Part shown: positions 1 through 9,515 of the stretch, piece after piece | Position numbering within the stretch: position 1 is the first letter of the stretch | How the letters are laid out: every line of letters begins with the position of its first letter | Assembly (NCBI GenBank): GCA_030700155.1 | Contig: JAUYJU010000027.1 | Span: 75,484 to 139,483 of the forward strand | From: Candidatus Nanoarchaeia archaeon | GTDB lineage: Archaea > Nanobdellota > Nanobdellia > SCGC-AAA011-G17 > JAUYJU01 | DNA: 64,000 nt | Reading direction: 5' to 3' | Made by a program: the position numbers and the translations under genes | Notes under the pieces: generated by a model | What the model saw: only the letters and a program-made list of their open reading frames with translations | What the model was told of the DNA's origin: nothing | The model's database searches: none

Positions 1-661
1 TATACCTCACAACTACGACTAAAGAATTACTTTCTCTATGTAAAATTTCAAAATCTTTCAGATCATTTTTAATTTCTATTGCTTTAGTATAAATTTTAGT
101 AGCCCTATCGTTTAAAACATCAAGTTTATCTTTCAAATCCAATAACTTTGTAATATCAAAATTTTCTTTAATATTTAATTTCTCATCAGAAGCAATAAAT
201 CCCCCATAACCTAAATTGATTGGTCTAAACTTACCAAAACTTCCGACTATAATGTCTCCATATTGCGCTAATTTCCTGCCTATTGAACCAGAAACATCAT
301 TAATCAATAAGGCACCTTTAATCCTGCATATCTCTTCTATCTCACGCATTGGTTGTTCTGCAAAATAACCAGCTAAGCTAGATAATAAAACAATAGAAGT
401 TTCATCTACAACTTCTCTAAGTTTAGTTAACCATAAAACTCCAAAAGTAGTTTTCAGTTCAACAATTTCGTAATCAGCTTTATTATCCTTAAAGATTAAT
501 CGTCCTCCTTGATCAGGAATGATTAATTTATTAAACATTTTAAAACTATCAGGACTGGCTTCATAACATCTATCTAAGGTTTGGATTATTGCATTTAAAC
601 CAGAACTAACAAGATAAACATTTTTCTTACCTGTAAGTTCTTGTAAAGCCTCTTTTACCAT
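1..661 (-). CDS. PLP-dependent transferase-fold protein (DegT/DnrJ/EryC1/StrS-like); runs off the left edge of the window
   Basis: Not in the ORF track. Manual translation from ATG 661 is open to base 1: MVKEALQELTGKKNVYLVSSGLNAI...LINDVSGSIG...IIVGSFGKFRPINLGYGGFIAS, which matches DegT-type D-x-S and SF-x3-K...GGxI motifs. Confidence 0.65.
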   Translation of the reverse strand, partial: MVKEALQELTGKKNVYLVSSGLNAIIQTLDRCYEASPDSFKMFNKLIIPDQGGRLIFKDNKADYEIVELKTTFGVLWLTKLREVVDETSIVLLSSLAGYFAEQPMREIEEICRIKGALLINDVSGSIGRKLAQYGDIIVGSFGKFRPINLGYGGFIASDEKLNIKENFDITKLLDLKDKLDVLNDRATKIYTKAIEIKNDLKDFEILHRESNSLVVVVRY

Positions 662-682
662 ACACTTATTAAAACTGTAATA

Positions 683-690
683 TTTATAAA
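683..690. promoter_or_regulatory. Palindromic TATA box (TTTATAAA), probably serving both tRNA-Glu (+) and the leaderless CDS at 661 (-)
   Basis: TTTATAAA is its own reverse complement; 25 nt before the tRNA 5' end and 21 nt before ATG 661. Confidence 0.6.
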
Positions 691-715
691 GGTTATAGCG
701 CTCCAACACCACTAT

Positions 716-790
716 GCCCCGATAGTGTAGTCCGGCCAAGCACCTCAGGTTCTCAACCTGGTAACGTGGGTTCAAATCCCGCTCGGGGCG
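716..790 (+). tRNA. tRNA-Glu (CTC)
   Basis: GCCCCGA/TCGGGGC acceptor stem, anticodon arm TCAGG-TT CTC AA-CCTGG, T-loop GGTTCAAATCC; CCA not encoded. Confidence 0.95.
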
Positions 791-829
791 TTCTAAAGAT
801 TTATATATCGAACTAAATTTGATATTATT

Positions 830-1261
830 ATGGCTAACACCACAAGGAGGAAAAATAAAGGTACAGATGCAGAATTGGATAAATTTAAAAATTGGGTTGA
901 AAATCTAAAAAATGCTTCTGAAAATCACATAATTCTTGTTGAAGGAAAATCAGACAAAGAAGCATTAGCTTCATTTGGAATTAAAAGCTCAGCTATTGTA
1001 TACCTTAAAGGACCTTTATACAGTGTAGTTGAGTCAATAGCTAAAAAATCTAAAGAATGCATCCTATTAATGGATTTAGATGCCGAAGGAAGAAAATTAC
1101 AAGAAAGATTATTAACAGATTTACAAGCTAATGGAGTCAAAGTAAATACAAGATTCACTAAATTATTATACACTACGAAAATAAGAAATATCGAAGCTAT
1201 TCCTAAATACATTGAAAAACATCTTACAATAACTCCACGAAAAAGACCTAGTTTTCTATAG
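830..1261 (+). CDS. Small stand-alone TOPRIM-domain protein (primase-like / RNase M5-like)
   Basis: TOPRIM motifs LVEGKSD and LMDLDAEG. Confidence 0.8.
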   Translation: MANTTRRKNKGTDAELDKFKNWVENLKNASENHIILVEGKSDKEALASFGIKSSAIVYLKGPLYSVVESIAKKSKECILLMDLDAEGRKLQERLLTDLQANGVKVNTRFTKLLYTTKIRNIEAIPKYIEKHLTITPRKRPSFL

Positions 1262-1296
1262 AAACAATTAAAAACACTGATTTCTAACTTCTTGTT

Positions 1297-2754
1297 ATGG
1301 CAAAGTTTTACATCACTACGGCTATAGATTATCCAAGTGGAAGTCCGCACTTAGGGCATGCATACGAAAAAATTTGTACGGATATCATAGCTAGATGGAA
1401 GAGACTTAAAGGGGATGATGTATTCTTCTTGACAGGAACTGATGAACATGGTCAAAAAATACAAAAGAAAGCAGAAGAAGCCGGTAAAACTCCAAAACAA
1501 TATGTAGATCAGACAGTTAAAAAATTTCAAGAGCTTTGTAAAAAATTAAATATCTCAAATGATAGATTTATTAGAACTACAGATAAAGATCATGAAAAAG
1601 TAGCTCAAGAATTACTTCAGACAGTTTATGATAAAGGGGATATCTACAAAGGAGAATATGAAGGTTTATACTGTACAGATTGTGAAACTTATTACTTAGA
1701 AAAAGACCTTAATGGAAATAAATGTCCAATTCATGATAAAAAGGTAGAAAATGTAAAGGAAGAAAGTTATTTCTTCAAAATGTCAAAATATCAGGATAAA
1801 TTTTTAAAACATTTAGAAAAAAATCAGGATTTCATCAGACCAGAATCTAAAAGAAATGAAATTATTAACAGAATAAAAGAAGGAGTTCGTGATTTAAGCG
1901 TATCAAGAACTAGTTTTAATTGGGGGGTACCAGTACCTTTTGATAAAAAACATGTTCAATATGTCTGGTTTGATGCATTAAGTAATTATATCTCAGGTAT
2001 AGACTATCCAAATGGTAAAAATTTCAAAAAATATTGGCCGGCAGACATTCATGTGATAGGTAAGGATATTGTATGGCATCACACCATGATCTGGTGCTCA
2101 ATGCTATTATCTGCTGGAATTGATTTGCCAAAAATGGTTTTTGTCCATGGTTTTATTAACTTAAAAGGAGAAAAACTAAGTAAAGCAAAAGGAATAATCG
2201 TAGATCCTATTGAACTAACAAACAAATATGGATCTGATGCATTAAAATATTATCTGATAAAAAATGTCCCATTTGGAGATGATGGAGATTTTTCTGAAGA
2301 AGCTTTGATTAGTTCAGTAAACAATGAACTAGCTAATGATTTAGGTAATCTAGTTTCAAGGTCACTAGCAATGACTGAAAAGTACTATGGTGGAAAAGTT
2401 CCAAAGGGAAAAAATGAACTTAATTTTGATATTAAAAGGATAGAAACACTATTAGACAACTTAGAACTAACTCAAGGATTATCAGAGATATGGAAATTAG
2501 TAAATGAATTAAACAAATATGTTAACGACAAAAAACCTTGGGAAGTTGAAAATAAAGATAACATAATCTACACCATTTTAGATAATATGAGGATAATTTC
2601 AATTTTACTTAGTCCATTTTTACCAGAAACTATAGAAAAAATAAATTGCCAACTTGGAATTAAAACAGGCAAATTAAAAGAAACTAAACCAAATCTTTTA
2701 AAACCTGGAACAAAAACAATCAAAGGAGAAATATTATTTAAAAAACATGAGTGA
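1297..2754 (+). CDS. metG: Methionyl-tRNA synthetase, catalytic and anticodon-binding core
   Basis: FYITTAIDY N-terminus, HLGH (HIGH), GTDEHGQK, YVWFDAL, GKDI, KLSKA (KMSKS variant), Zn knuckle CTDC..CPIH. Confidence 0.97.
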   Translation: MAKFYITTAIDYPSGSPHLGHAYEKICTDIIARWKRLKGDDVFFLTGTDEHGQKIQKKAEEAGKTPKQYVDQTVKKFQELCKKLNISNDRFIRTTDKDHEKVAQELLQTVYDKGDIYKGEYEGLYCTDCETYYLEKDLNGNKCPIHDKKVENVKEESYFFKMSKYQDKFLKHLEKNQDFIRPESKRNEIINRIKEGVRDLSVSRTSFNWGVPVPFDKKHVQYVWFDALSNYISGIDYPNGKNFKKYWPADIHVIGKDIVWHHTMIWCSMLLSAGIDLPKMVFVHGFINLKGEKLSKAKGIIVDPIELTNKYGSDALKYYLIKNVPFGDDGDFSEEALISSVNNELANDLGNLVSRSLAMTEKYYGGKVPKGKNELNFDIKRIETLLDNLELTQGLSEIWKLVNELNKYVNDKKPWEVENKDNIIYTILDNMRIISILLSPFLPETIEKINCQLGIKTGKLKETKPNLLKPGTKTIKGEILFKKHE

Positions 2755-3073
2755 AATTACGTTTAAGGAATGGGAAAACTTTGATTTTAGAGTAGGTCAA
2801 ATTCTCGAAGTAAATGATCACCCTAAAGCCGATAAACTCTATTTACTAAAAGTAGATTTAAGTGAAAAGCAAATTCAATTAGTTGCAGGATTAAAATCTT
2901 TTTATAAACCGAAAGAACTTCTTAATCAAAGAGTAATAGTTTTTGCAAACTTAGAACCTGCAATGATTAGAGGCCAAAAGTCAGAAGGGATGATATTATG
3001 CGCAGAAAAAGATAATATTGTTTCTTTCTTAACACCAGAAAGGGAAGTTCCATTAGGCGCTAAAATCCGTTAA
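2747..3073 (+). CDS. Stand-alone tRNA-binding OB-fold (MetRS C-terminal / Trbp111 / CsaA-like)
   Basis: DFRVGQILEVNDHPKADKLYLLKVDL...NLEPAMIRGQKSEGMIL; overlaps the metG stop. Confidence 0.9.
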   Translation: MSEITFKEWENFDFRVGQILEVNDHPKADKLYLLKVDLSEKQIQLVAGLKSFYKPKELLNQRVIVFANLEPAMIRGQKSEGMILCAEKDNIVSFLTPEREVPLGAKIR

Positions 3074-3654
3074 AGTCTAATAACATAACCGTTAATTTTG
3101 CCAGCATCAGCAATTACATCAAAACCTTCATTGTCATAATAATAATATGTAAAAGGGTAGTGTATTTCTAACCTATCAGGCTTTCCATATTTTCTATAAA
3201 TATCTTCTTTTACACCTTCAATCTTAGAAGCTCCAACTAAATATTTATTGAAAGGTTTTTTCACAATTAAAGAAGTTACAATTCCACCTTCCATATGTAC
3301 AATCAAACCAACACCATCAGTCTCAATTTTATCGCCATACTCCCAATTCAAAACATTAGGCGGATGTATCTGTTGAATATCAGGCTTTCCTAATTTTTCT
3401 AAAACAACTTCAGAAGTATCCCCCAATTTGATACCTAGGATACTTACCCTCATATTATTAAAATCTTTTAAGTTTGCAAAAATATCATTGCCTTTTAATT
3501 CATACTCATTATTTGAACCAAATACTGCAGCGCCAGTAATTTGTCCAACTAAGAATCCCATCACAAGTAATAATACTAATAATACTACTCCAGCAAATAC
3601 AAATTTAAAACCAGTTGCAAATTTACTCTGCTTTTTGTCGTTAGTTTTTTCCAT
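3070..3654 (-). CDS. Membrane-anchored hypothetical protein with two LGKPD/YGKPD-type repeats
   Basis: One N-terminal TM helix; repeated units VLEKLGKPD..WEY and IYRKYGKPD..YYY. Confidence 0.6.
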   Translation of the reverse strand: MEKTNDKKQSKFATGFKFVFAGVVLLVLLLVMGFLVGQITGAAVFGSNNEYELKGNDIFANLKDFNNMRVSILGIKLGDTSEVVLEKLGKPDIQQIHPPNVLNWEYGDKIETDGVGLIVHMEGGIVTSLIVKKPFNKYLVGASKIEGVKEDIYRKYGKPDRLEIHYPFTYYYYDNEGFDVIADAGKINGYVIRL

Positions 3655-3700
3655 TTTGTGAGTTAAGTTGTCACTCCTATAAATAAGTTTTGAAAATTAG

Positions 3701-3776
3701 TGGACCCGAGCGGATTTGAACCGCCGACCTTTCGATTATCAGTCGAATGCTCCAAACCAGGCTAAGCTACGGGTCC
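3701..3776 (-). tRNA. tRNA-Ile (GAT)
   Basis: GGACCCG/CGGGTCC acceptor stem, TTCGA-CT GAT AA-TCGAA anticodon arm, GGTTCAAATCC T-loop. Confidence 0.95.
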
Positions 3777-3820
3777 ATTCAAGAAGTTGACTGATTTTTC
3801 TTTTATAAAGGTTTCTAGCC

Positions 3821-4399
3821 TCAAGAAGCAAGCTCTAAAACACTTTTCAACGCTACAGTTAAAGCAGTAATACCATCATCTCCACCAGTAAAATGTCCTC
3901 TATTATGCTCGACTATTATCTTAGAACCTAATTTTTCTTTAAAAATTTCTTTATCTTCTAAAGGAACCTCTGGATCATTATCAGAAAATATGGCTATAGT
4001 TTTCGGGCAAATTTTCTTTAATTTTTTCATATCAATTGGAATTTCCAACCAAGGTTTAGCAATTTCATGTTCTTCTTTATCCATATCCGTAACTGCAAGA
4101 TTAAAAAAACCTGCAACAAAAACAGCTCCACCAACTTTACTATCTTTGGGTAAGCTTGCTAAATACCTCATAATAGTTTGGCAACCTATACTATGCCCTA
4201 AAAAATAAGTTTCTTCATCAGGTTCGCCTACAATTTCAGAAAGTTTTGAAACCCAGGCGTTAATCTCTGGTTTTTCCTTATTGGGCATTTCAGGTATATT
4301 AATATTAAAAGATTTAGATTCAAGTTCTTCTTTTAACCAGGGGAACCAACCTTCATCAGGATGACCACCCCAACCATGCACTATTATTACTCTTTTCAT
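3821..4399 (-). CDS. Alpha/beta-hydrolase, RBBP9/YdeN family serine hydrolase
   Basis: VHGWGG oxyanion motif, GHSIG nucleophile elbow, SDND and GHF triad residues. Confidence 0.88.
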   Translation of the reverse strand: MKRVIIVHGWGGHPDEGWFPWLKEELESKSFNINIPEMPNKEKPEINAWVSKLSEIVGEPDEETYFLGHSIGCQTIMRYLASLPKDSKVGGAVFVAGFFNLAVTDMDKEEHEIAKPWLEIPIDMKKLKKICPKTIAIFSDNDPEVPLEDKEIFKEKLGSKIIVEHNRGHFTGGDDGITALTVALKSVLELAS

Positions 4400-4408
4400 T
4401 ATTAAAAA

Positions 4409-4482
4409 CGCCGGTGGGAGGATTTGAACCTCCGACCACGCGGTTAACAGCCGCGCACTCCACCAGGCTAAGCTACACCGGC
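4409..4482 (-). tRNA. tRNA-Asn (GTT)
   Basis: GCCGGTG/CACCGGC acceptor stem, CGCGG-CT GTT AA-CCGCG anticodon arm. Confidence 0.95.
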
Positions 4483-4522
4483 ATATGTAATCAAGAATAA
4501 GTCGCTTTTAAAAAGGTTTCCA

Positions 4523-5620
4523 TCAATCAATTAAATCTTTGTTCTTTATCTTTTCTGGAAGATATTTCTCGGAGATAAAACTGATACCCCTGGCACTCAA
4601 AGCCTGAATTTCAGCTTTGGCACCCATTTTCTTCATCATAGTAAACTGACGTTGCCAAGGTTTATTATCAACAAACCAGTCGTATTTCTCAATCTGTTTC
4701 AACCTATTTTTATCGGCCTCTTTAAAAGTAATAAGATGTTTTTGCAGTCCATACTTCTCAATGTCATCAGCAGTAATACCTAAAAACTTAACTCCAGGGA
4801 TAGCAGTTTCTCCAGCTAAGTGAGCTAAACTGATGGATCCAAATTTAATTACTGAATAAATATAAAATCCCCAAGGATCAAAATCAGCTAAAACATAGAT
4901 AGGTAATTTATTTTCAGTATGTAATCTCTGCAATAATCTTCTAACTCCTCTTGTTGTCTGTCCTTGAGAAGCCATGATTATACAGTTATGTTTCTCCCAG
5001 AATTTATCTTCGTGTAATCTTTCCCATACTGCTGCTTTCTCCATATATAAAACAAATTTAGCATCAACTTTTTTAAATTCAATCTCTTCAACATTAGAAG
5101 GAACTGACCAACCTCCACTTCCTAATTTACTCCAATCAATTACATCTCCTCTATCTTTAATTACAACTTTTCCAGCAACACTTCCATTCTTATTGGCATT
5201 TATGTTAATCTGCTCTCTTGAAGCTCCAGTGATTAATTCTAAATCTTCTATTACAGCATCACTTTCTGGCTGATCATCAACTATATTCACTTTAGTTCCA
5301 GGAATAGTTCTTTTAACTTGATAGAATACATCTCTTAAACTTGCGTGTTTTCCTTCTTTTAATAAATTTTTAGCAACTGCAGCAACTTCCATTGTCTGCA
5401 GGAATTTTTTAGCATGAGCAACATTAAAGAAACTTCTTGCACTCATACTATTACCAAGTACCAAAGTTCTGGCTTTTTTATCAAATGTAACGTTACTTAA
5501 CGCCCTAGTCTGGAAAGTAACAGTTGGATCTTTACCTTTACCTATCTCATTTACAATATCCTTTCCTAAATTTGTTAAGTTATCCTTCGGATTTTTCAGT
5601 TGTTTCTTTTTGTTCGTCAT
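4523..5620 (-). CDS. top6A: DNA topoisomerase VI subunit A
   Basis: SLRDVFY catalytic Tyr motif, MEKAAV TOPRIM Glu, LADFDPWG, KAEIQAL; adjacent to top6B. Confidence 0.97.
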   Translation of the reverse strand: MTNKKKQLKNPKDNLTNLGKDIVNEIGKGKDPTVTFQTRALSNVTFDKKARTLVLGNSMSARSFFNVAHAKKFLQTMEVAAVAKNLLKEGKHASLRDVFYQVKRTIPGTKVNIVDDQPESDAVIEDLELITGASREQININANKNGSVAGKVVIKDRGDVIDWSKLGSGGWSVPSNVEEIEFKKVDAKFVLYMEKAAVWERLHEDKFWEKHNCIIMASQGQTTRGVRRLLQRLHTENKLPIYVLADFDPWGFYIYSVIKFGSISLAHLAGETAIPGVKFLGITADDIEKYGLQKHLITFKEADKNRLKQIEKYDWFVDNKPWQRQFTMMKKMGAKAEIQALSARGISFISEKYLPEKIKNKDLID

Positions 5621-8600
5621 TTTGTACTCCCATAATTAAGGGTAATTGTTTTTTCAAAATTTTCATTAAATCTTTTTCTATGTTTGCTTTAGCATTCCCA
5701 GATAGGTTAAATAATGCATTTGCTAACTCCGGGATATATTTTTCAAACAATTGTGCTTTTTCTTTTTGATCTCTTGCTCTAACAGTTTTTCTTATATGAG
5801 AAGATAATTTTCTTCCAGCATCTTGTAAAGAAAGTTTCAATTCTTTTATTATATCAGGATAATGTGCAATTGCCTCTTTACTTTCAGAAGTAAATGGAAC
5901 CCATACCGAAGCTATATGTACCATTAAAACCATTGGAGCACTTGGCAAAGCACCTCTGCTTTGAGAAATTCCATAATTTCTCCAAGCCGTATCTAAAATA
6001 GATTTATTTGATGCGCAGGCAGATTGTTGAAATAATAAAGGAACTCTATTTGCAAACCTATAAACTCTTACTAGATCGTCTTGAGGTAACTCTCCACCAT
6101 AAGCAATTCCAACTTCAATTTGAAACGGATTTCCCCTATAAACTGCTGGCGAACGTGAAACAGCAACATAAAATTCTGCATTAACTTCTTTTTTCAGACC
6201 CTTAATTATCAAATCTTCTCCAATAGGAGATAAAACATTTGTAGGTGGAGCCATAATTTTTACTTGTTTCATTGCCTTAAATAAAGATTCAGCATCTTTT
6301 GTAGGGATATTATTTGGTTTTGAACCGTCGTAAACATTAGCTATCTTACAAATTTCCTTTGCATTATTAGAAGAAATTCTTGAAAAGTCGCTTGATAGGA
6401 AAGATTGAACTGTTCTTGCTTTTGTAAACTTCAGCATAGAAATCAACATTCCTAATTCAATACCATAGGGATGCGGTTTAATTTCTAAGGCTTCTTTTGG
6501 TGGAGCGTCAGTTACTCTTTTAAAAAATTGTTTTTGTTTATCTGGGGGAACAAAAGTTATGGAAACATGGGGATTTGCAACAGCTGTTTGTTTCAAGTAC
6601 TCATCAACACTTTGTTTACCTTTTTGGTATTTTCCTTCTAATTGTATCTCAATCTTAGTTCCATGATCTTTATCCCATTTTACTGTAGTTTCTTTCAAAA
6701 TTTCAGGTTCATTTCTTGCCGTATCAATATGCAATTCGTAATAATGAGCAGGTTCTTTGGGTCCTATTTTTGATGTTATCTTAATAGGTTTTCCTGTAGT
6801 TAACTGTGAATACATAACTGCAGCAGAAATTCCGATTCCTTGCTGTCCACGACTATTATGGCAGGAAATTCCACCAGTTCCTCCAACGAAATTTTCACAT
6901 CTAGGAACTGAGAGATCGTAAACATATTCATAGCCGGTATTAATAATTTCAATCTCTTTAATTTTAACAAAACCCAAATCACCAAATACCATTTCTTGCT
7001 GAAGGACACCTAAAACCTTAGTAACATTATTATCTATTATTCTGGGTCTTATTTTTACATCGCTTCTAGAATAAATATGTGAAGCATTCAAAGCATCTCC
7101 ATAAACACAGATTCTGTACACCAAACTTGTTTTTTTACCCAAACCATTAAACAACCGAGAGTTGTATGTGGAAGTAACGCCATTCATCAAAAACAAATAT
7201 TGTAAACCAAAAGCTAAACTTTTACTAACCGTAGTAAACATCAAACAATTTCTTTGCTTAACCTTATGTCCATCACCTTGACAATAACCATCTATAAAAT
7301 GCTGCCTCAAATTTTTATTTGTTCTAAAAATAAATTCTGGAATTTTCTTATTATGAGCTCCGGCTCCGCAAATATTTCTTATTAATTTAACAAAAATATT
7401 ATTAAATAGTTTAACTCTAATACTTCTATCTCTTGGTTCCAATGAAAAACCCAACCCAAAGATCTTAGCAAACTGCATCACTTCATCAATCAAAGCGTCC
7501 TCATGTTTGCCAAATGTCAAGCCAAGTTGCCGAGTATCAGAATGTCCCTCAGCAATATATAAACCTAAAAATCTCATAAATGCCCTATCCAAACCTAAAG
7601 TAACTGGAATTCTACTCGTCTTTCCATGTTTATAAGTTATTATGCTGCCATGGGCAACTTCATTAATTAATTTTAATTTATAAACCAAATTTATAGGTAA
7701 AAATCCCTTTTCAATATATTGGCGCATACTCTCCTCTAAGATATCTACAGAAGTTCCATTAAATTTAACTTGATAATATTTTCTACTCCTTGTTGTAAGT
7801 TTTTTATGAATAATCCTAGCATTAAATCGTAATTTTTCAACTACATCCTTAATCCCATAAACATACATCCAATTTTTAGAAATATCTTCATAGCAGACAT
7901 AATCTAAAAGATTAATCTCGCTTAAATTTCCAACTTCAGGAAGGTTCTTTGGTACTACTATGTAATCCCCAATTTTAAGTGATCTAGCCTCAATGGACTC
8001 AATTTTTCTAGTTTCTTGGTTGTATGCAAACAAACTATGACAACCAGTTATTTTTACTTCTTTATTGTACTCTGTTTTTATTCTTAATATCTCATTTTCT
8101 CTTTTGTGTCTAATTACATGGCTAACTTTCTGCATTGAATATTTATTAGTTTCTGGATCAAATGCAGGGGCTTCTATATCCGAAAATGAAACATCCTTAA
8201 TCTCCTCTTTAGCATTTAAAATAGAGTCTACAAAATCACCGATGGAGATTATCTCAACTTTACCATTTCGCTTAATAAAGATAGGTTCGTCATGGGTTAA
8301 AGATTGCTTCATTCTATGGAATTTTGAACCATAGAGTAATTTTGCAAAAATCTTAGGAATTTGTTCCTTAACAATTCCAGGACCGTTATCTTCTACAATA
8401 ATATCATACTTATCCTCGGTCCCTACTTGCTCTAAAATTACTTTTATTTCGGGAAGTACACGCATTTCTTCACATGCATCAAGAGAATTGTCTACAGCTT
8501 CTTTAATTGCAGTTAAAAGTGCTTTTCTAGAACTATCAAATCCTAAAAGATGTCTGTTCTTTAAGAAAAATTCAGAAACTGAAATCGATCTCTGTTTTTC

Positions 8601-8630
8601 TGCTAACTCTGCAGCTTTTGTTTTTGTCAT
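5580..8630 (-). CDS. top6B: DNA topoisomerase VI subunit B, intein-containing
   Basis: KEAVDNSLDA, VEDNGPG, KLLYGSKFH..[intein]..SRGQQGIGISAA, RFANRVPL, PFTSESKEAIA. Confidence 0.97.
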   Translation of the reverse strand: MTKTKAAELAEKQRSISVSEFFLKNRHLLGFDSSRKALLTAIKEAVDNSLDACEEMRVLPEIKVILEQVGTEDKYDIIVEDNGPGIVKEQIPKIFAKLLYGSKFHRMKQSLTHDEPIFIKRNGKVEIISIGDFVDSILNAKEEIKDVSFSDIEAPAFDPETNKYSMQKVSHVIRHKRENEILRIKTEYNKEVKITGCHSLFAYNQETRKIESIEARSLKIGDYIVVPKNLPEVGNLSEINLLDYVCYEDISKNWMYVYGIKDVVEKLRFNARIIHKKLTTRSRKYYQVKFNGTSVDILEESMRQYIEKGFLPINLVYKLKLINEVAHGSIITYKHGKTSRIPVTLGLDRAFMRFLGLYIAEGHSDTRQLGLTFGKHEDALIDEVMQFAKIFGLGFSLEPRDRSIRVKLFNNIFVKLIRNICGAGAHNKKIPEFIFRTNKNLRQHFIDGYCQGDGHKVKQRNCLMFTTVSKSLAFGLQYLFLMNGVTSTYNSRLFNGLGKKTSLVYRICVYGDALNASHIYSRSDVKIRPRIIDNNVTKVLGVLQQEMVFGDLGFVKIKEIEIINTGYEYVYDLSVPRCENFVGGTGGISCHNSRGQQGIGISAAVMYSQLTTGKPIKITSKIGPKEPAHYYELHIDTARNEPEILKETTVKWDKDHGTKIEIQLEGKYQKGKQSVDEYLKQTAVANPHVSITFVPPDKQKQFFKRVTDAPPKEALEIKPHPYGIELGMLISMLKFTKARTVQSFLSSDFSRISSNNAKEICKIANVYDGSKPNNIPTKDAESLFKAMKQVKIMAPPTNVLSPIGEDLIIKGLKKEVNAEFYVAVSRSPAVYRGNPFQIEVGIAYGGELPQDDLVRVYRFANRVPLLFQQSACASNKSILDTAWRNYGISQSRGALPSAPMVLMVHIASVWVPFTSESKEAIAHYPDIIKELKLSLQDAGRKLSSHIRKTVRARDQKEKAQLFEKYIPELANALFNLSGNAKANIEKDLMKILKKQLPLIMGVQNDEQKETTEKSEG
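6855..8303 (-). mobile_element. Intein (483 aa) with LAGLIDADG homing endonuclease in Top6B
   Basis: KQ|SLTHDEP...ITGCH (block B)...FLGLYIAEGH and FIDGYCQGDGH (LAGLIDADG)...VYDLSV..ENF..CHN|SRGQQG; removal restores the conserved KFHRMKQSRGQQGIG. Confidence 0.93.
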
Positions 8631-8634
8631 CTAG

Positions 8635-9138
8635 CTATTTTTGCAATTCTATAAATTTATAAACGTTTCCATGTGGAGCACCTTTCAGTAATTTTTCAAC
8701 TGCAAGTTTGCATAACATAACATCTTCAATTCTTCCAAGTAAAGAAACAGTTTTTCCATAAATTGAGATCTTAGTGTGGGTTAATCTTTCTAAAATACTT
8801 CTGGCTTTTCCATCTGTTCCTATCAATCTTGCTTTGATTCTTGTAAATTTAGCTTTTGATTTACCAGTATACTCTTGAATATTTAAAACCTCTAAAGAAT
8901 ATCCATCTTTTAACAAAATTAAAGCGTCTAACGGGTTAAAACCCCTCCCTATAGCCTTCACAACAAAATTCATTAAATAAATAGTTAAAGAATCTTCCCC
9001 TTCAATTAAAACTTCTCCATCTTTTGAAACAGTTAATTTACAATCAGCTGTTTTCTGAAGTTTCTTTTTAGTAGCCCCTTTAACTCCAATCAAAACAGCT
9101 ACTCTATCCTTTGGGATTTTAATTTCTTCAGAATACAT
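8635..9138 (-). CDS. KH-domain pre-rRNA processing protein (Dim2/Pno1/Krr1 family)
   Basis: Two KH GxxG motifs, LIGVKG and LIGTDG; KAIGRGF; GAPHGNVY. Confidence 0.9.
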   Translation of the reverse strand: MYSEEIKIPKDRVAVLIGVKGATKKKLQKTADCKLTVSKDGEVLIEGEDSLTIYLMNFVVKAIGRGFNPLDALILLKDGYSLEVLNIQEYTGKSKAKFTRIKARLIGTDGKARSILERLTHTKISIYGKTVSLLGRIEDVMLCKLAVEKLLKGAPHGNVYKFIELQK

Positions 9139-9139
9139 T

Positions 9140-9484
9140 TTAAAATTCTTCTAATGCTTCCATTTCTTTTACATATCCCCTCTTTTTTAAAAATGATACT
9201 TGATTAGGTTTGTATTTGAATAAAATATCAGCTTTTTCATCTCCACCCAATTCCCACGGTTCAACAAGAACATAATCTCCTTCCCTTACCCATAATCTTC
9301 TCTTCATTCTTCCGGGTATTCTGCAAATTCTATTCTTACCATCAAAACATCTTACTCTCATCCTAGAACCACCAAGTCTCTGATCAACAACACCAATGCA
9401 TTGTTTATCCCTAGGGAGCTTAACTCTTCTAATTTCTTCCTGTATCTGCTCCTGTCTTGCGAATTCTTCTTTCTTCTTGGACAT
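9140..9484 (-). CDS. eif1a: Translation initiation factor aIF-1A
   Basis: VDQRLGGSRMRVRCFDG..CRIPGRMKRRLWVREGDYVLVEPW. Confidence 0.95.
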   Translation of the reverse strand: MSKKKEEFARQEQIQEEIRRVKLPRDKQCIGVVDQRLGGSRMRVRCFDGKNRICRIPGRMKRRLWVREGDYVLVEPWELGGDEKADILFKYKPNQVSFLKKRGYVKEMEALEEF

Positions 9485-9515
9485 TATCTAAAATTAAGAA
9501 AGCGTATTTATAAAG

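Noticed and set aside
925-1350. Antisense ORF containing IYSRSDVK, identical to a peptide in the Top6B intein
   Set aside because: It is the reverse complement of the conserved metG start (FYITTAIDY) and the TOPRIM gene; the codons differ from the intein's, so this is treated as coincidence.
3701-4482. tRNA-flanked island around the YdeN hydrolase
   Set aside because: The two tRNAs are complete and different, and there is no duplicated 3' end or integrase.
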